DNA of 64,000 nt. It comes from Vicugna vicugna (taxonomy: Eukaryota). The stretch is taken from positions 1,146,060 through 1,210,059 of the forward strand of contig MU057487.1 of assembly GCA_013265495.1 (NCBI GenBank). Direction: 5' to 3'. Position 1 is the stretch's first letter. Each line of letters begins with the position of its first letter. The notes under the pieces were generated by a model, which saw only the letters and a program-made list of their open reading frames with translations, had not been told where the DNA came from and did not search any database. The translations under genes and the position numbers were made by a program. This document shows, piece by piece, positions 1 through 13,217 of this stretch.

Positions 1-1759
1 GAGATATGTTCCCGCTATACCCACTTTGGCGAGAGTTTTTATCATAAATGGGTGTTGAATTTTATCAAATGCTTTTTCTGCATCGATTGAAATGATCATG
101 TGGTTTTTGTCCTTTCTCTTGTTGTTGTGATGTATTACATTGATTGATTTGTGTATGTTGAACCAGCCTTGTGTCCCTGGGATGAACCCCACTTGGTCAT
201 GATGTATAATCTTTTTTATGTGTTGTTGGATTCTATTTGCTAAAATTTTTGTGAGGATTTTGGCGTCTATGTTCATCAGTGATATTGGCCTATAATTCTC
301 TTTTTTTTTGTAGTGTCTTTGCCTGGTTTTGGTATCAGGGTGATGGTGGCTTCATAGAATGAGTTTGGGAGTAGTCCCTCCTTTTCAATCGTCTGGAAAA
401 GTTTGAGAAGGACTGGCATGAGTTTTTCTTTGTATGTTTGGTAGAATTCCCTGGTGAAGCCGTCCGGTCCTGGACTTTTATTTGTAGGGAGGTTTTTAAT
501 TGCTATTTCTATTTCCTTTCTAGTGATCGGATTGTTCAAGTGTTCAGTTTCTTCTTGATTCAGTTTTGGTGGACAGTATGTTTCCAGAAACTTGTCCATC
601 TCCTCTAGGTTATCCAGTTTGGTTCCATATAGTTTTTCATAATATTCTCGTATGANNNNNNNNNNNNNNNNNNNNNNNNNNNNNNNNNNNNNNNNNNNNN
701 NNNNNNNNNNNNNNNNNNNNNNNNNNNNNNNNNNNNNNNNNNNNNNNNNNNNNNNNNNNNNNNNNNNNNNNNNNNNNNNNNNNNNNNNNNNNNNNNNNNN
801 NNNNNNNNNNNNNNNNNNNNNNNNNNNNNNNNNNNNNNNNNNNNNNNNNNNNNNNNNNNNNNNNNNNNNNNNNNNNNNNNNNNNNNNNNNNNNNNNNNNN
901 NNNNNNNNNNNNNNNNNNNNNNNNNNNNNNNNNNNNNNNNNNNNNNNNNNNNNNNNNNNNNNNNNNNNNNNNNNNNNNNNNNNNNNNNNNNNNNNNNNNN
1001 NNNNNNNNNNNNNNNNNNNNNNNNNNNNNNNNNNNNNNNNNNNNNNNNNNNNNNNNNNNNNNNNNNNNNNNNNNNCTCTTAGCACTGCCTTTGCTGTGTC
1101 CCATAGGTTTTGAGTGGTTGTGCTTTCATTGTCATTTGTCTCAAGGTATTTTTTAATTTCAGCTTTGATTTCCTCATTGACCCATTGTTTTTTCAATAAC
1201 ATATTGTTTAATCTCCATGCTTTTCTTTTTTTCTCCTTTGTTTCTCTGTTGTTGATTTCCAGTTTCATGGCATTGTGGTCAGTAAAGATGCTTGAGATAA
1301 TTTCTATCTTCTTAAAATTGTTGAGGTTTCTTTTGTGTCCAAGTACATGATTGATCCTGGAAAATGTTCCATGTGCACTTGAAAAGAATGTATATCCTAT
1401 TTTTGGGGGGTGTAATGCTCTAAAAATATCCACCAAATCTAGTTTTTCTATTGTATTATTTAATTTCTCTGTTGCCTTGTTTATTTCCTGTCTGGAAGAT
1501 CTGTCTAGTGATGTTAATGCAGTGTTAAAATCTCCAATTATGATTGTATTCCCATCAATATCCCCCTTTATCTCTGTTAGTAATTCTTCTATGTACTTAG
1601 GTGCTCCTATATTGGGTGCATATATATTATGGAGTGTAATATCCTCACCTTGTATCACTCCTTTAATCATTATAAAGTATCCTTCTTTATCTTTCTTTAT
1701 GGCCTTTGTTTTAAAGTCTGTTTTGTCTGAAATCAGTACTGCAACACCACTTTTCTTTA
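1..1759 (-). mobile_element. Young LINE-1, 5'-truncated within the ORF2 endonuclease domain; continues beyond the window start
   Basis: ORF 276..1793 gives L1 ORF2 motifs ([38 protein letters not shown]). After a frameshift at the T9 run (301-309), bases 300->1 read open: [16 protein letters not shown]...DQVGFIPG...[15 protein letters not shown], the start of the RT domain. Confidence 0.97.
656..1075. other. Assembly gap (420 N) inside the L1
   Basis: Run of N. Confidence 1.
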
Positions 1760-2492
1760 ACATACGAACTTTTGCTCTCTTTTGTTGAGTCATTGGCAGA
1801 ATAAACCCTTTTAGTCTTTGTATGTCTCAAATATTTGTATTTGCTCCTCCCTTACCCACCAGAGGAGTGAGCCTGGTTGTGTTTCCCCATAGTCAACTGA
1901 GTGTACGTGGCCACCTATACTACCCAGAAGCATTAATCCTCACTGGGAACCAGTCTGCCTGTGACTTCCACCCTGCCCCGACTTTACATTTGTTCCAGTT
2001 CCCCGGATGGCAATACCCATCTTGTATTGAAGTCCAGCTACCTGTCCTTGCTTCCTCCTCTTATGCACTATTTTTCACTGCAGTGCATTTGGGGAAGAGG
2101 GAGACGTTTGAAATGGATTCACTCTTTCCTTCATTGCAAGCTCTTGCGTTTCAAAACAAGTTATTTATTCTGAAGTTTTTATTTGCTTGTTAGATTATAA
2201 ATTCTGAATAGGATGAGAAAATCAAAAGTTTCTCTTCTGCCAGTGACTCAGATTTGTTTACTCAGTAAACTCTCATTATGTTCATTAAATAATCTATTGT
2301 GTAAATCAACCTTTTTTTATTTGTAAACAAGTTCAGTCAAGGTTTTTGGAAGTTTAGACAGTGAGCTATTAATTCTGAGATTAGGGAAGGAGTCACGGAT
2401 TAAGGGATATGTGATCTGTGTCAAATATCTGTGTCAAGTAGATGAATAGGTGTTTGTCAGACTGTCAAATGATGTGAGGCTCAAGGCAAAAA

Positions 2493-2790
2493 AGGGGTCA
2501 CAGACTGGCCCACGGATACAATTTGTCTTGCAAAGTGGTTTCAAAACATGAGCCAATATTTTAAGAACAAGGAACTTCAATAAAAATTAGGATTTCTAAC
2601 TTCTGATAGGAAAAAAGAAAAAACAGAAATAGTTTTGGCAAAACGGGCCCAGCCCTCCAGCCCTCACATGGGGCTGGAGCTGAGTAGTTCTGCCCTTAGT
2701 GAGAGGGGTCTTCATAGTTTTCCACCTGCTGCTTTTCCTTGTATCACCTGCTTGTGTGTGTGGCCCCTGCAGACTGTCTGGGAGACTTCA
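2493..2790 (+). mobile_element. hAT-Charlie MITE, MER102-like
   Basis: Begins aggggtcacagactggccc. Internal aaaattaggatttctaacttct and ggctggagctgagtag resemble the recalled MER102 consensus. Confidence 0.6.
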
Positions 2791-2825
2791 AAGGTGCACA
2801 ATACATTTAGAAAAAATTTGAAAAC

Positions 2826-3440
2826 TGGAGAGTGATATGATATGATCTTTGTTTTCATGAAGCATCTATGGTGGTGAAGGGTTCTGAGTGGGCAGGGAGC
2901 ACAGGGGACAATTTAAAAGCAGAGAAATCAGTTAGGAGCTATTGTAATTGTCCAGGAGAAAGATGACACTGTGCAAACCTAATCAGTTAGCAGCAGGGCT
3001 GCAGGGGAGGGTACAGAATCAGAGAATTTTTAGAAGCAGAATCAAAAAGACTTGAAAATTAATTAATGACAGTTGAGAGGGAAAATGTGTCAAAGCTGAT
3101 TCAAATGTTTCTAGCTTTGGGGACTGTTTGTTACCATCAATTAAGACCTAGAACTATAAAGAAAGTAAAAATTTTGGTGGAAAAAAAAATTGTGTGTGTG
3201 TGTGTGTGACCTCTTTGGATCAGAGGCTGGATCTTACTTATCTTTGTGTCCCCAGCTTTGAACATCATCTCCTGAAAGGGGTTTAATAAATAAATGTTGA
3301 ATTGAACTCAATTAAGCTTATTGATTTTAACTTGTTTGTGGGAAGGTCATCCAGGTGGAAACGTCCAGAAGTCAATTTGTCATTTTAGAGCTCAAGAGAA
3401 AGGTTAAAGCTGGAAATAAATTTCAGTGTTGTCAGCATAT
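2826..3440 (-). mobile_element. Degraded L2 fragments (with a short + strand L2 tail near 3210-3305)
   Basis: gagaaatcagttaggagctattgtaattgtccaggagaaagatga and tttctagctttggggactg are typical antisense L2 sequence. Confidence 0.6.
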
Positions 3441-4374
3441 TTACTTTCTTGACTGAATTCCATGGGTTGTATTTTACTAAGGCATACTTATTGATAGTGT
3501 ATCTTGATTTAAAAGTTTATGGTTTTGTTTATGATTGCTGTAAGTGCTTAATATCGTGTGATAACGAGGAGATACTGGTATTTTCACCATCTCTTCTCTT
3601 GTGCTGTTAGCAGTATATACAAACCATGAGGAAATGTTTTTCACCGAAAGATATTTCTGATAGACTCTAAAATGATAACAAATCTAACTTCTTAGAGTCA
3701 TCAGATAATGTGAAAGGAATTTAGGTGATTTAAGTATAAATACATCAACTCTAACTTGGCTAAAGTTTCAAAGAACTTAATTTCAGGGCTAAAAAAAAAA
3801 AACATGCAAAGTGATATAAGCAATCGTGCCTGGGTTTCAGCACCAACAACAAAAGAAAAATGACATAAGCAATGTTCTACGTGAACATTGATTATTCGCT
3901 CAAAGGTAGCATCCACATAATATACATTTTTGAAATCAAGTAATCATTGTTTGAATTGTTGAGCTAGTTTTTAGCTTAAATTTGTTATATTCATGGAAAA
4001 AATATGGTTTCCATTTTTAAGTATGCCATGCGTATCTCTTCTGGGTATAACCTTCCTTTAGACAGCACATAAGTAGGTTTAAAAAAAAAATGGGAAAGGG
4101 TTCATAGCTTTTTTCACAGTTTCCTGTGGTCTTCATCTTCTTTCAAAGTTTCCTGTGGTACTTGGTAATTTAGCACTTAAAAGACCTCAAGGGATCCTGA
4201 CCTCATAACTCTACCACAGTCCCTGCCTGGAGATACAACAGAGTTGTCACCTTGGTGACCATACCAGACGAAGTGAGTACTACTCAGAGTAGAGCACAAA
4301 AACAGTTAGTATGACACAGAAGAGAAGCTGGGATTCAAAAAGGACTGTTCTCTTCTATTTCCTATTTTTTCCTC

Positions 4375-5730
4375 CTATTATGTTTCATTTACAAAACCAG
4401 AAAAAACTGAAAAAAGTGGAACATGATTTCCCCATGCACCTGTCACCCAGCTTCAAAACCCTTCAACTCAGGGTTCTGCTTGTTTAATCTGTTCTACCAT
4501 CTGCTTCTTCCCTTTCCCACAACAATGGGAATATTTTGAGGCAAATATTTGCTATGATGTTATTTCATTCATAAATATTTCAGGACACATCTCAAAATGA
4601 TAAGAACTCTTTTTAAAACATAGTCAAAATGTTGTTAGTCTGTTGTCCCCACCAAAGTAATATTCTCTAATGTCATCAAATATCCAGACTGTGTTTGAAC
4701 TCTCTTATTTTGTGTTGGTTTGTTCTTACCACTGAGTTAGTTTGGAGATGGATCCAAACAAGATCCACAGTTTTTGCAGTTGTTTGATAGGTTCTTTATC
4801 TCTTTTAATTGATAGATCCCTCTTCCTTCATTTTTCTATTGGCAATTGATTTGTTAAAGAAACCAGAGGGGGAGGGTATACAGCTCAAGTGGTAGAGCGC
4901 ATGCTAAGCACACACAAGGTCCTGGGTTCAACCCCCAGTACCTCCCCTAAAACTAAATAAATAAGTAAACCTAACTACCTCTCCCCTTCAAAATACAAAA
5001 TAAAATAAGTTTTTCAAAAAAAGAAAAAAATAGAAACCAGGTAATTTATTCCTGAAGAGTTCATCATATTCTAAGATTTTGCTGACTGCCTTTTTATTAT
5101 GTCATTTAACATGTTCCTGTGAATTGCAGGTAGGTTTAGAGGCATGATTTAATTAGGGTTTAAAATTTGAGTAGAATGTTTGTAGAGGTACATAATACTC
5201 AGTTGTCTCTCTTTTAGTGATATTAGTAGCCATCAGTAATCAATGCCTAGATCCACTGTTTCATTAAGGGTTTAAAATATAATATTTTATCACTCCTCTG
5301 TCATCTATTAGCTAACACTTCTATGAACAGAAATCTTTCCTCATCAACTGTATAGTTATCCTGATGACAGTTCATATGGAAATACAAGTAAATGCTTTTA
5401 TTTACTGGTTTTCAGAATAATAATCCAGTTTCCTAGCATCTATCAAATGGCTGGTGAGTTTTTCAATATAATTTTGTATTTATGGATTTTAACATTTATT
5501 TCAATAATTTCCTATTAGTTTTCAAATTGTCCTATCTTTGACCAGCAGGAGACTCTTAAAGTTGGATCCTAAGTTTTTTTCACACAACCCCAGTAGTCTG
5601 TTGATTTCCTTACTCTTTGAATAACAAGATAGCTATCTAGTGTATTTCTTACTCTAAACCAAAAGCCAGACATTTCTCCAAAGTATCCTGTCTTTTTTTT
5701 AGCAGTATATATTTAGAGAACAGAGTTTGG
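4375..5730 (-). mobile_element. Ancient L1 (L1MC/L1ME-like) 3' region, interrupted by a SINE
   Basis: cccatgcacctgtcacccagcttcaa...tattttgaggcaaat...atttcattcataaatatttcag resembles an antisense L1MC-type 3' UTR. Confidence 0.55.
4868..5031 (+). mobile_element. tRNA-Ala-derived SINE (camelid vic-1-like)
   Basis: Head gggggagggtatacagctcaagtggtagagcgcatgctaagc...gtcctgggttcaacccccagtacctcc with A and B boxes; A-rich tail; TSD agaaaccag at 4858-4866 and 5032-5040. Confidence 0.92.
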
Positions 5731-5799
5731 GCATGCTCAGATTTTCAGTGCTGTAAAGTGTAAGAAATACCAGGTACAGGTGCTGTAACCTTCTCACTG

Positions 5800-6107
5800 T
5801 AGGTCACTTACACTGCTATTCCCTGTGTCTCGGACACTCTTCTCTCCCTTCTTTGTCTACTTAACCCCTACTCATCTTTCATATTTCCAGGAGGGCTTTT
5901 CCAACCTCTTGACATGGTCAATTTCCTTTGCTATATGCTCTCAAAAAGCATTTGTTCTTCAATATACTTAGCACTCTTGATAGCACTGTTTGATATATGC
6001 CTAATTTGCACACTGCAGGGTAACAACCATGAGGGCAGGAACCATATTGGGTTTTGCTCATGACTGTGTCTTAAGTGGCAAGACAAATCTGACACAGACG
6101 AACACTC
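5800..6107 (+). mobile_element. L2 3' fragment
   Basis: cacttacactgctattccctg...catgagggcaggaaccat...ttgctca resembles an L2 3' end. Confidence 0.6.
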
Positions 6108-6526
6108 TGTAGTGTGTTGATTAGTGTCCCCCTAATATTGATGCATGCATAGAGCCTCAGATTGTGACTTTATTTGGAAATAAGGTATTTGCAGATGCAC
6201 TTGGTTAAGATGGAGTCATAGGGGTTTAGGGTGAGTGCTAAATCCAATGACTCATGTCCCCATAAAGGCCATGTAGGATATGAAGATGGGAACAGAGATT
6301 GTAACGGTGCAGCCACAGGCTTAGTAAGGCTGAGGATTGCTGGGAACCACCAGAAGCTGGAAGAGGCAAGGAAGGATTCTTCCCCAGAGCCTTCAGAGAA
6401 AGGACGGCCCTGCTGACAGCTTGATTTCAGACTGCTAGCCTCCAGCACTGCGAGATAATACATTTCTGCTGTTTCAGGCCACCCAATGTCTGGTACTTTG
6501 TATGGTAACCCTAGGAAACTAATACA
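6108..6526 (+). mobile_element. MaLR solo LTR, MLT1C-like
   Basis: TG...CA termini; ttatttggaaataagg, caccagaagctggaagaggcaaggaaggattctt, and ends ccctaggaaactaataca. Confidence 0.88.
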
Positions 6527-7484
6527 GTGGATATTACATTTCAAAACTGCACTAGGAAGTGTGATTGCCTTAAAATCAGTGTGTTATGGAATATAATTAA
6601 TCTGATTAATCAAATCACTACAAATCTGGTATCCCGGGTACAAAGGTAGTGCCTCCTGTCCTCCTTTCAGATAAAGTCTCCCACCCCATAAGCTTCCTCT
6701 GCTCCTCATGTCTGAGAGCTCTTAAGGCCTGGTGATGGCTGATGGAGCAGATCATCACTAGAGGATATACTATAGGACAGGGATTCCTCCCAGAGAAAGA
6801 TTGGGGTGCACAGGAGGGTTGTTTCTGAAGCTACTAGGGAAGCCGTGTTGCAGAGTTGCAGACAGAGGAGGCAAATGCAAAGAAAACATGGAACTTTAAG
6901 ACAGAATTATACAAAGCCTCGATGACTTGGAGTTGCTCTCAGTCTTCCAGTTTGAGAATTAATGTCACTTTAATGAGACCAAGATATCCTAGGTCAACAA
7001 TCTGCTCCTAATATATGTCATCTTTCTCTACAGCTATATTCACCTAGTTTCTTAGTCAAGACAATTATATTCCCTTCCTTAAATCCTTTTTCTCTTCCAT
7101 CACACCAAAACTTCTCACTCACTCAATCATTACACAGGAGCAGTCCTACTCCTCATCCATTATTCAAAATACTCTAAACAGCTAACTTCAATGTTGAGTA
7201 AATCATGCTAATCAATGAAGGGTTTAGTTTATGAGTTCTTTCAAGCAAATAAAACCAAAATAAGCTCTCGAAAAGTGCTACAAAACATAGGCAAGGTATC
7301 ATTTAACCTAGAAATTATGCATGACAACTATAAAGTTTCATTATGATTTTAAATTAATACCTCACTCAATAAATGCAAAATAGTGAGTTATACACATACT
7401 TCTCGTTGCTTTAAAGAGATTTCGAACTAAGGGCTTTCTAAGTGAATTGTCACCAAACATCCCACCTCTAGAATTCTCCCTACT

Positions 7485-8415
7485 TTTTTTTTCTTTTCTC
7501 TTATACTCACTAGTTTGCTGTATTTTTTTTAATTCCACATGTAAGCGATATCTTACAGTATTTGCCTTTCTCTGTCTGATTTATTTCACTTAGCATAATG
7601 TCCTCCAAGTCTATCCATGCTGTACACTAGAAACTAATACAACATTTCAAATCAATTGTACTTCAATTAAAAAGCAAACAACCAACCAGCCCATTTAAAA
7701 TATGGGAAGAAGAACTGAACAGACATTTTTCCAAAAGAGGAAATGCAGATGGCCAACGGGAACATGAAAAGTTGTTCAGCATCACTGTATCAGGGAAATG
7801 CAAATCAAAATCACAATGAGACACCATCTCACACCTGTCAGAATGGCCATCATCAAAAAGAACACATATAACAAATGTTGGCAAGGACGTGAAGGAAAGG
7901 GAACCCTCATACATTGTTGGTGGGAATGTAAATTGGTGAAGTCACTATGGAAAACAATATGGAGTTTCTCAAAAATCTAAAAATAGAACCACCATATGGC
8001 CCAGCAATTACACTCCGGGGCATATATCCAAGAAAAACAAAAACATTAATTCAGAAAGATACATACACACTACTATTAACAGCAACATTATTTATAATTG
8101 CCAAGATATGGAAGCATCCCAAATGCACATGGACAGATGAATGGATAAAAAAGGTGTAGCATATGTATGTGATGGAATACAACTCACCAATAAAAAAGAA
8201 GGGTATTTTACCATTTGCAGCCCTCATTCACTTTTTTTTCACTTCAAAAATAAGAATTTTATAACTGACATAAACATTTCCATTGCATCAGAACAACAGA
8301 ATAAAAAGAAATAAAGTTAACCAAGCAAATTACCTATACTCTGAAAACTGTAAAATACAGATACAGGAAATTAAAGATGATACAAAGAAATGGAAAGATA
8401 TCTTATGCCCTTGGA
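7485..8415. mobile_element. Rearranged multi-fragment L1 insertion
   Basis: Perfect 16-bp direct repeat tagaattctccctact at 7469-7484 and 8416-8431 encloses L1 3'UTR and ORF2 pieces in both orientations (ORF 7798..7980 [17 protein letters not shown] is the ORF2 C-terminus). Confidence 0.85.
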
Positions 8416-8664
8416 TAGAATTCTCCCTACTCGATATCATACTTGGCTTGATTAAGAGATTAGCTTCATGTGATAGAAGCACTATTCAATTTGAAATCAT
8501 AAGACTTAAATTTGAGCCTTGGCTCTGCTATTGGACATGCCACTTAAGCATGATTAAATGAGAGGGGAAAATTATATGTGTCTAAGGGCAGTGACTGGTA
8601 TTCAGCTGGTACTTAATAAGAACAAGCATGGCATATCATTAGATCTGAAGTGAAAGGATTAGGA

Positions 8665-8903
8665 GTGAAAGGCTGTAGCATGAAACAGGTCAGGTTCCAG
8701 TTCTGCTCCTGCCCCTCTCCAGCTTTGGATGTTGAACCCAGTTAGGGGGCTCTCTCAGCCTAAGCCGCCTCTTCTGTGACAAGGGAGAGTCGGTTCCTAC
8801 CGCATAGGGTTCTTGCAAACATTAAGAAATAAAATCCATAATCAGAACTTAGCACAGTGTCTGGCACATTGTAACTGCTCAATAAGAATTTTTGTTGTTA
8901 TTG
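8665..8903 (+). mobile_element. MIR SINE
   Basis: ctaccgcatagggtt...cttagcacagtgtctggcacattgtaactgctcaataa, MIR core and tail. Confidence 0.7.
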
Positions 8904-11574
8904 TAGTTCATGCAACTTAATGTGTCAGAGAGATGCTTTAGTAGTTTTAAGTTTTTGGATGTTTTAGAATACTATGATATTGAAGTAAAATATTATTTGA
9001 GCTACTGTGTTTTTAATTAAATACAAATTAATTCTAAATTATCACAGGCTAAAATCTAAACTTAAAATTATGACAATAATATTAGCAAAAATTAAGTATA
9101 ATGAAAAAAATCAAATATTTTACTACTAGGGTGCAATACATAGAGGATCCATCTGACACATATTCCTTGTCAAATAGTACTAGCAAAACACGTTTTATGG
9201 GAAGATTATAGGTAAAAACACACTCTAATACATATTCATTTCATTATTTCTGAGGCACTGGGACATGATCTCCCAAACTGTTTTCTGGTGTTTAATATTC
9301 AGCCATTAGAGATTAAATCCTTTGACTTAAAAACATACTTTCTGGGAAGAAGACAACATGCTGTCAGATATGAACATCTAAGTGTAAACGAGGTTATCAG
9401 AGGCATTCCAAAAAAGACCACTGATTCCTAAATATCCTAGAACCAGAAAAGGTAGCAATCCAAAGGGAAAATAAAGGTGAACAGATGCTGTGAAGACAAA
9501 TTTCACTTTCTTCCCAGCTAAAGCTGTCTCCAACATTGGCAGTGTGGAAACCAGGAACTTTTTATAGGCAAGAATTTCTTTGATTTAAAAACAAAATCAT
9601 ATGTCTCCTTGCATTTTTGTAATTGTGGAAATCAGATCTGATTAAAAAATTCTAAAGGAAGGCATTAGGGTATCTTTCTTCTTTCAAATTCTGTCAATGA
9701 TCCAGACACTGATATTTGCATAAAAGAACATGATACTTCAATAGAAAACTGTCCTATCAAAAATGTTTTTATAATATCCATTGCGAAGCTATTAATTTTA
9801 CTAAGGATGACACAATGAAGTGAGAAACTTTTAAAAATTCCCTATTTTTAGTTTTTGCTTACACATAAAATAATATAAAAATATGCATTAGATTAGCAGG
9901 TCTATCTTTTGGCAGCCAAAGGCACAGCACCAACAAAGTATAATTATAAAATCATTCAAAAACTATTTTGTCATGTAGTGTGGCAGGTAAATAATGGTTG
10001 CTTCAATGTTAGAATTATTTTAGTACCCAGTTATGCAGATGTAGACATTTGTTCAAGTGAAGATTAAGCCTCTGAGAGGTAATGGCTAATATCCCCTGAG
10101 AATATTCTTTATTCTCAGCCAAGGAGATGTAAGTTTTTTTCTTGAGAACTCTAGAACTATGTACGTCTTTATTTTAAAAAAAAAGAGTATTAATAAAATT
10201 CAAAAAGAAATATGTACTTAATTTAATTCCAATACACAAAAGTACAAATTAAAATATGAATACCCTACATTATCTACTCTCTTTTGAGTCTGTCCTTCAT
10301 TTGTCCTTTACACGTGTTTGTATGTGCACATGTTTAAGTAGAGGGATGTTCAGACACAGAGGGAAAGAAACTTTCTTCAAACATTTTTGCCAATGTTACA
10401 ATTGGAATTATACCCTGATATGAAAATTTTTTTAAAACTAAAGATGGATCTTTATAGATGTGGGAATCTTCTGAATTAGGATTTTTTTGGTCCTCATCTC
10501 ACATAGGGTCTAACTGAACCAACTGCCTTATGATGAAATCTTTAAGTTATTCAAATTGGAATCATGGATATGTGTAGCCCTGTGTTGTCCAATTCAACAT
10601 TTCACTGTTCTCGCTGTGAAAGCCAAAAAAACAGCATCGATACCCAAGCCTGGAAAATTTTTTTGAAGTTCAGTTTAAATATCTATCTCAAATTTTGGAT
10701 AAGTTTCCAGAGGTTGCCCAGTTTTTAAGAGTTTGCATATTTCAGACTGGCAAGAAACCTGATTGGCTTTTAGACCCCCTCGGGGAGAGGAAGGGCGGCC
10801 TCCTCTCCATGGGCAGGAAAGTGCTCTGAGAAGGGATGCTCATGCAATTTTGGTCCATTGTTTTCCATCCTAATTGAAACTAGGAAATGCAGGCAAGTGT
10901 GATCATGAAAATAACAGGATCTGGGGAGTGTGGAAAGTAGCTGATTTCTTCCCTCACAAAATCCGTACAAACAGACTAGCCTGAGTTTGGGGTGTGATTT
11001 CTAGATTACCTGTGAGAGGAGACAGCTTACAATGGAAACAATGAAACCAATAAGGGAATATCCTTTGCCTTCCTGTGACCCAAGGCATGAAGCAAAAATG
11101 CTGCTTGAGACTAAGCCCAACAAGACTGACCCAAAAGCAGAAAAGTAGGGGCAGGGTTGAGGGCAGTGACCCATTCAAGTTAGACCTGGTTCATACTGTT
11201 GTGAGAATTCCATGAGTCTATACGTGAGCATTTAGCATGATGCCTACTTTACAGACACACTCAATAAATGGGCATTGGTCCAGCTGCTGTAGTTAGTGCT
11301 TTGCTTTAGCTCTAAATAAAGGGCATCATTGTGCCACTTCCATCACGGAGAACACTGCTTCTTTGTTAATGGCTGCACAAATCATTGGCAGTTGGGCAAA
11401 TCTTTTCCCTGCCATTGGAAATGTTAAAAGTGACCTCTAAAGATGGGAAGTATACAGATTTGTATCTCTGTACACTAGACTGGAAATCTCTTGAGGAATG
11501 TTTATCTCTCTAGTCTCAGTGACTAACATAATGAATAACATGTAATATGACCTCAGTAAATGTTGCCATATAGG

Positions 11575-11832
11575 GTGATGGTTAGATAGCATAGTCTGGA
11601 GCAAGTATGGAGCTAGTCTGTTTGAGTAAGTATGCTGATTCTCCCACTTCTTAGCTGGATAATCTCAGGCAAATCACTTAACCTCTCTACGCTTCAGTAT
11701 CCTCACCTGTAAAGTGAGGGTGATGATAGCTTCTAAGGTTACCATGAGAATTTAAAGTAAATGATTACATGTAAATTGTTCAGAATAGTGTCTGTCACCT
11801 TGGGATGGATGCTATCTATTTGCTGTAATTAT
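11575..11832 (+). mobile_element. MIR SINE
   Basis: MIR core ggcaaatcacttaacctctctacgcttcagtatcctcacctgtaaagtgaggg. Confidence 0.8.
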
Positions 11833-13009
11833 GGTTACAATGGTGATGGTGATGGTGATGATGACGAAGCCCCCTGCCCCCTGCGCCCACTCCCCACCTC
11901 CAGCACCAACCTTAGAAATACCTTATAGCATGAGAACATGCTCGCTGCCACAATCTCCGGGTGCCCACTGACCCTCTAAGAAACTTAGATGCCCTTTTTA
12001 TATCCAGTAATAGATCTTGACAACAGCTACTAAGTAGAATATTTTCCACCTGATTGTAGTTTTTCTCAAAAAAAAAAATGATGCCAAAGAACCTGCCAAG
12101 CACCTCTGCTACGGTTTCAACAGGCAAAGGCAAGTTTTTTCTTGCTGTTTTGCAAGCATCATCTGAAAATGCTCAGAACTGTGGCGTGTGCAATATTTAA
12201 GAAAATAACAATATTTGCTAAATGATTGGGTAAATTATATTTACTAGTGGCACTATCTAACCCTAATAGGGTTTTTTTTTTGTATCAAATTAGCCTATTC
12301 AAGAAGAAATAAGGCACAATAAAAATATTCTCTCCAAAAATCAATAACTAATGCTTTTAATTCAGTTGATGACTAAATTTGGCAGGAGGATAATCGTGTC
12401 ATGATACTGACACTCCAAAAAAAAATCATTATGCCAATAAAAACAAGTAAGAATAAGCCAACAACTGAGCTGCAGAAAGAAAAAATATGCCAGGAAGTCG
12501 TTTCTGCCACGAGATGAGAAGCCAAGGTTCTGCCATTGGCCTCAGCGTGAACAGAGCAATTGTCTCTTGCAAATTGCCCTCATTGCAGCTGAATGATATT
12601 ATCTCCACCTGTGCAGCAATTCTTTCCGCCAACGGTTTCCATGAGCAATGTGAAAACTGCACCTAACATCTCCTTAGTAAACAGTGCTAGTGGATGAGAT
12701 AACACTTACCCCAAAAGGAGTGTGCACTAGATTCATTTATCCCAAGAACAGGAACATCGACTAACGTTTAGATTCTCTCCTGCCTGGTGGTGTCATTCTA
12801 AAATGCTGAAGGAACAGCAGTTCTCTCCTCTGAAAGGTGATAATTGTTGCTAATTTCAGTTAACAAATTTCAGATAAAGCATTCCTTTTCCCCCCCCTTT
12901 GTTTCCGGAATCTATAATGAGAGTTTAAAAGGAAGGAGCATCAAAGGTCAGCGAGGGAAGACCACGAAGAGGTCCCTGCCTGGGGAGAGAGAAAGGAGTC
13001 TGGGCGGTA

Positions 13010-13217
13010 AGAGCCCAGGAGATCTGCTCAGATGGCGAGCTTTGCCTTCCACACATTGAGTTATCATGGGGAAATTCACCTCCCCTCCCCAGCCTCAATT
13101 TCCTCAACAGCAAAAGGGAATAATAAAATCTATTTTGGGATTGTTATCACAACGCCATAAAATATGTAAGCACCTAGCACACAGTAAAAACACGGTGAAT
13201 CATAGACAGTATTATTA
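13010..13217 (+). mobile_element. MIR SINE
   Basis: agcctcaatttcctcaacagcaaaagggaataata...atgtaagcacctagcacac. Confidence 0.65.

Noticed and set aside
637..1113. 155-aa and 153-aa ORFs
   Set aside because: Artefacts of translating the N gap.
276..1793. 505-aa ORF as an intact gene
   Set aside because: It is a 5'-truncated L1 ORF2. The N-terminal residues come from flanking DNA, about 140 residues are N-gap, and it ends at a frameshift.
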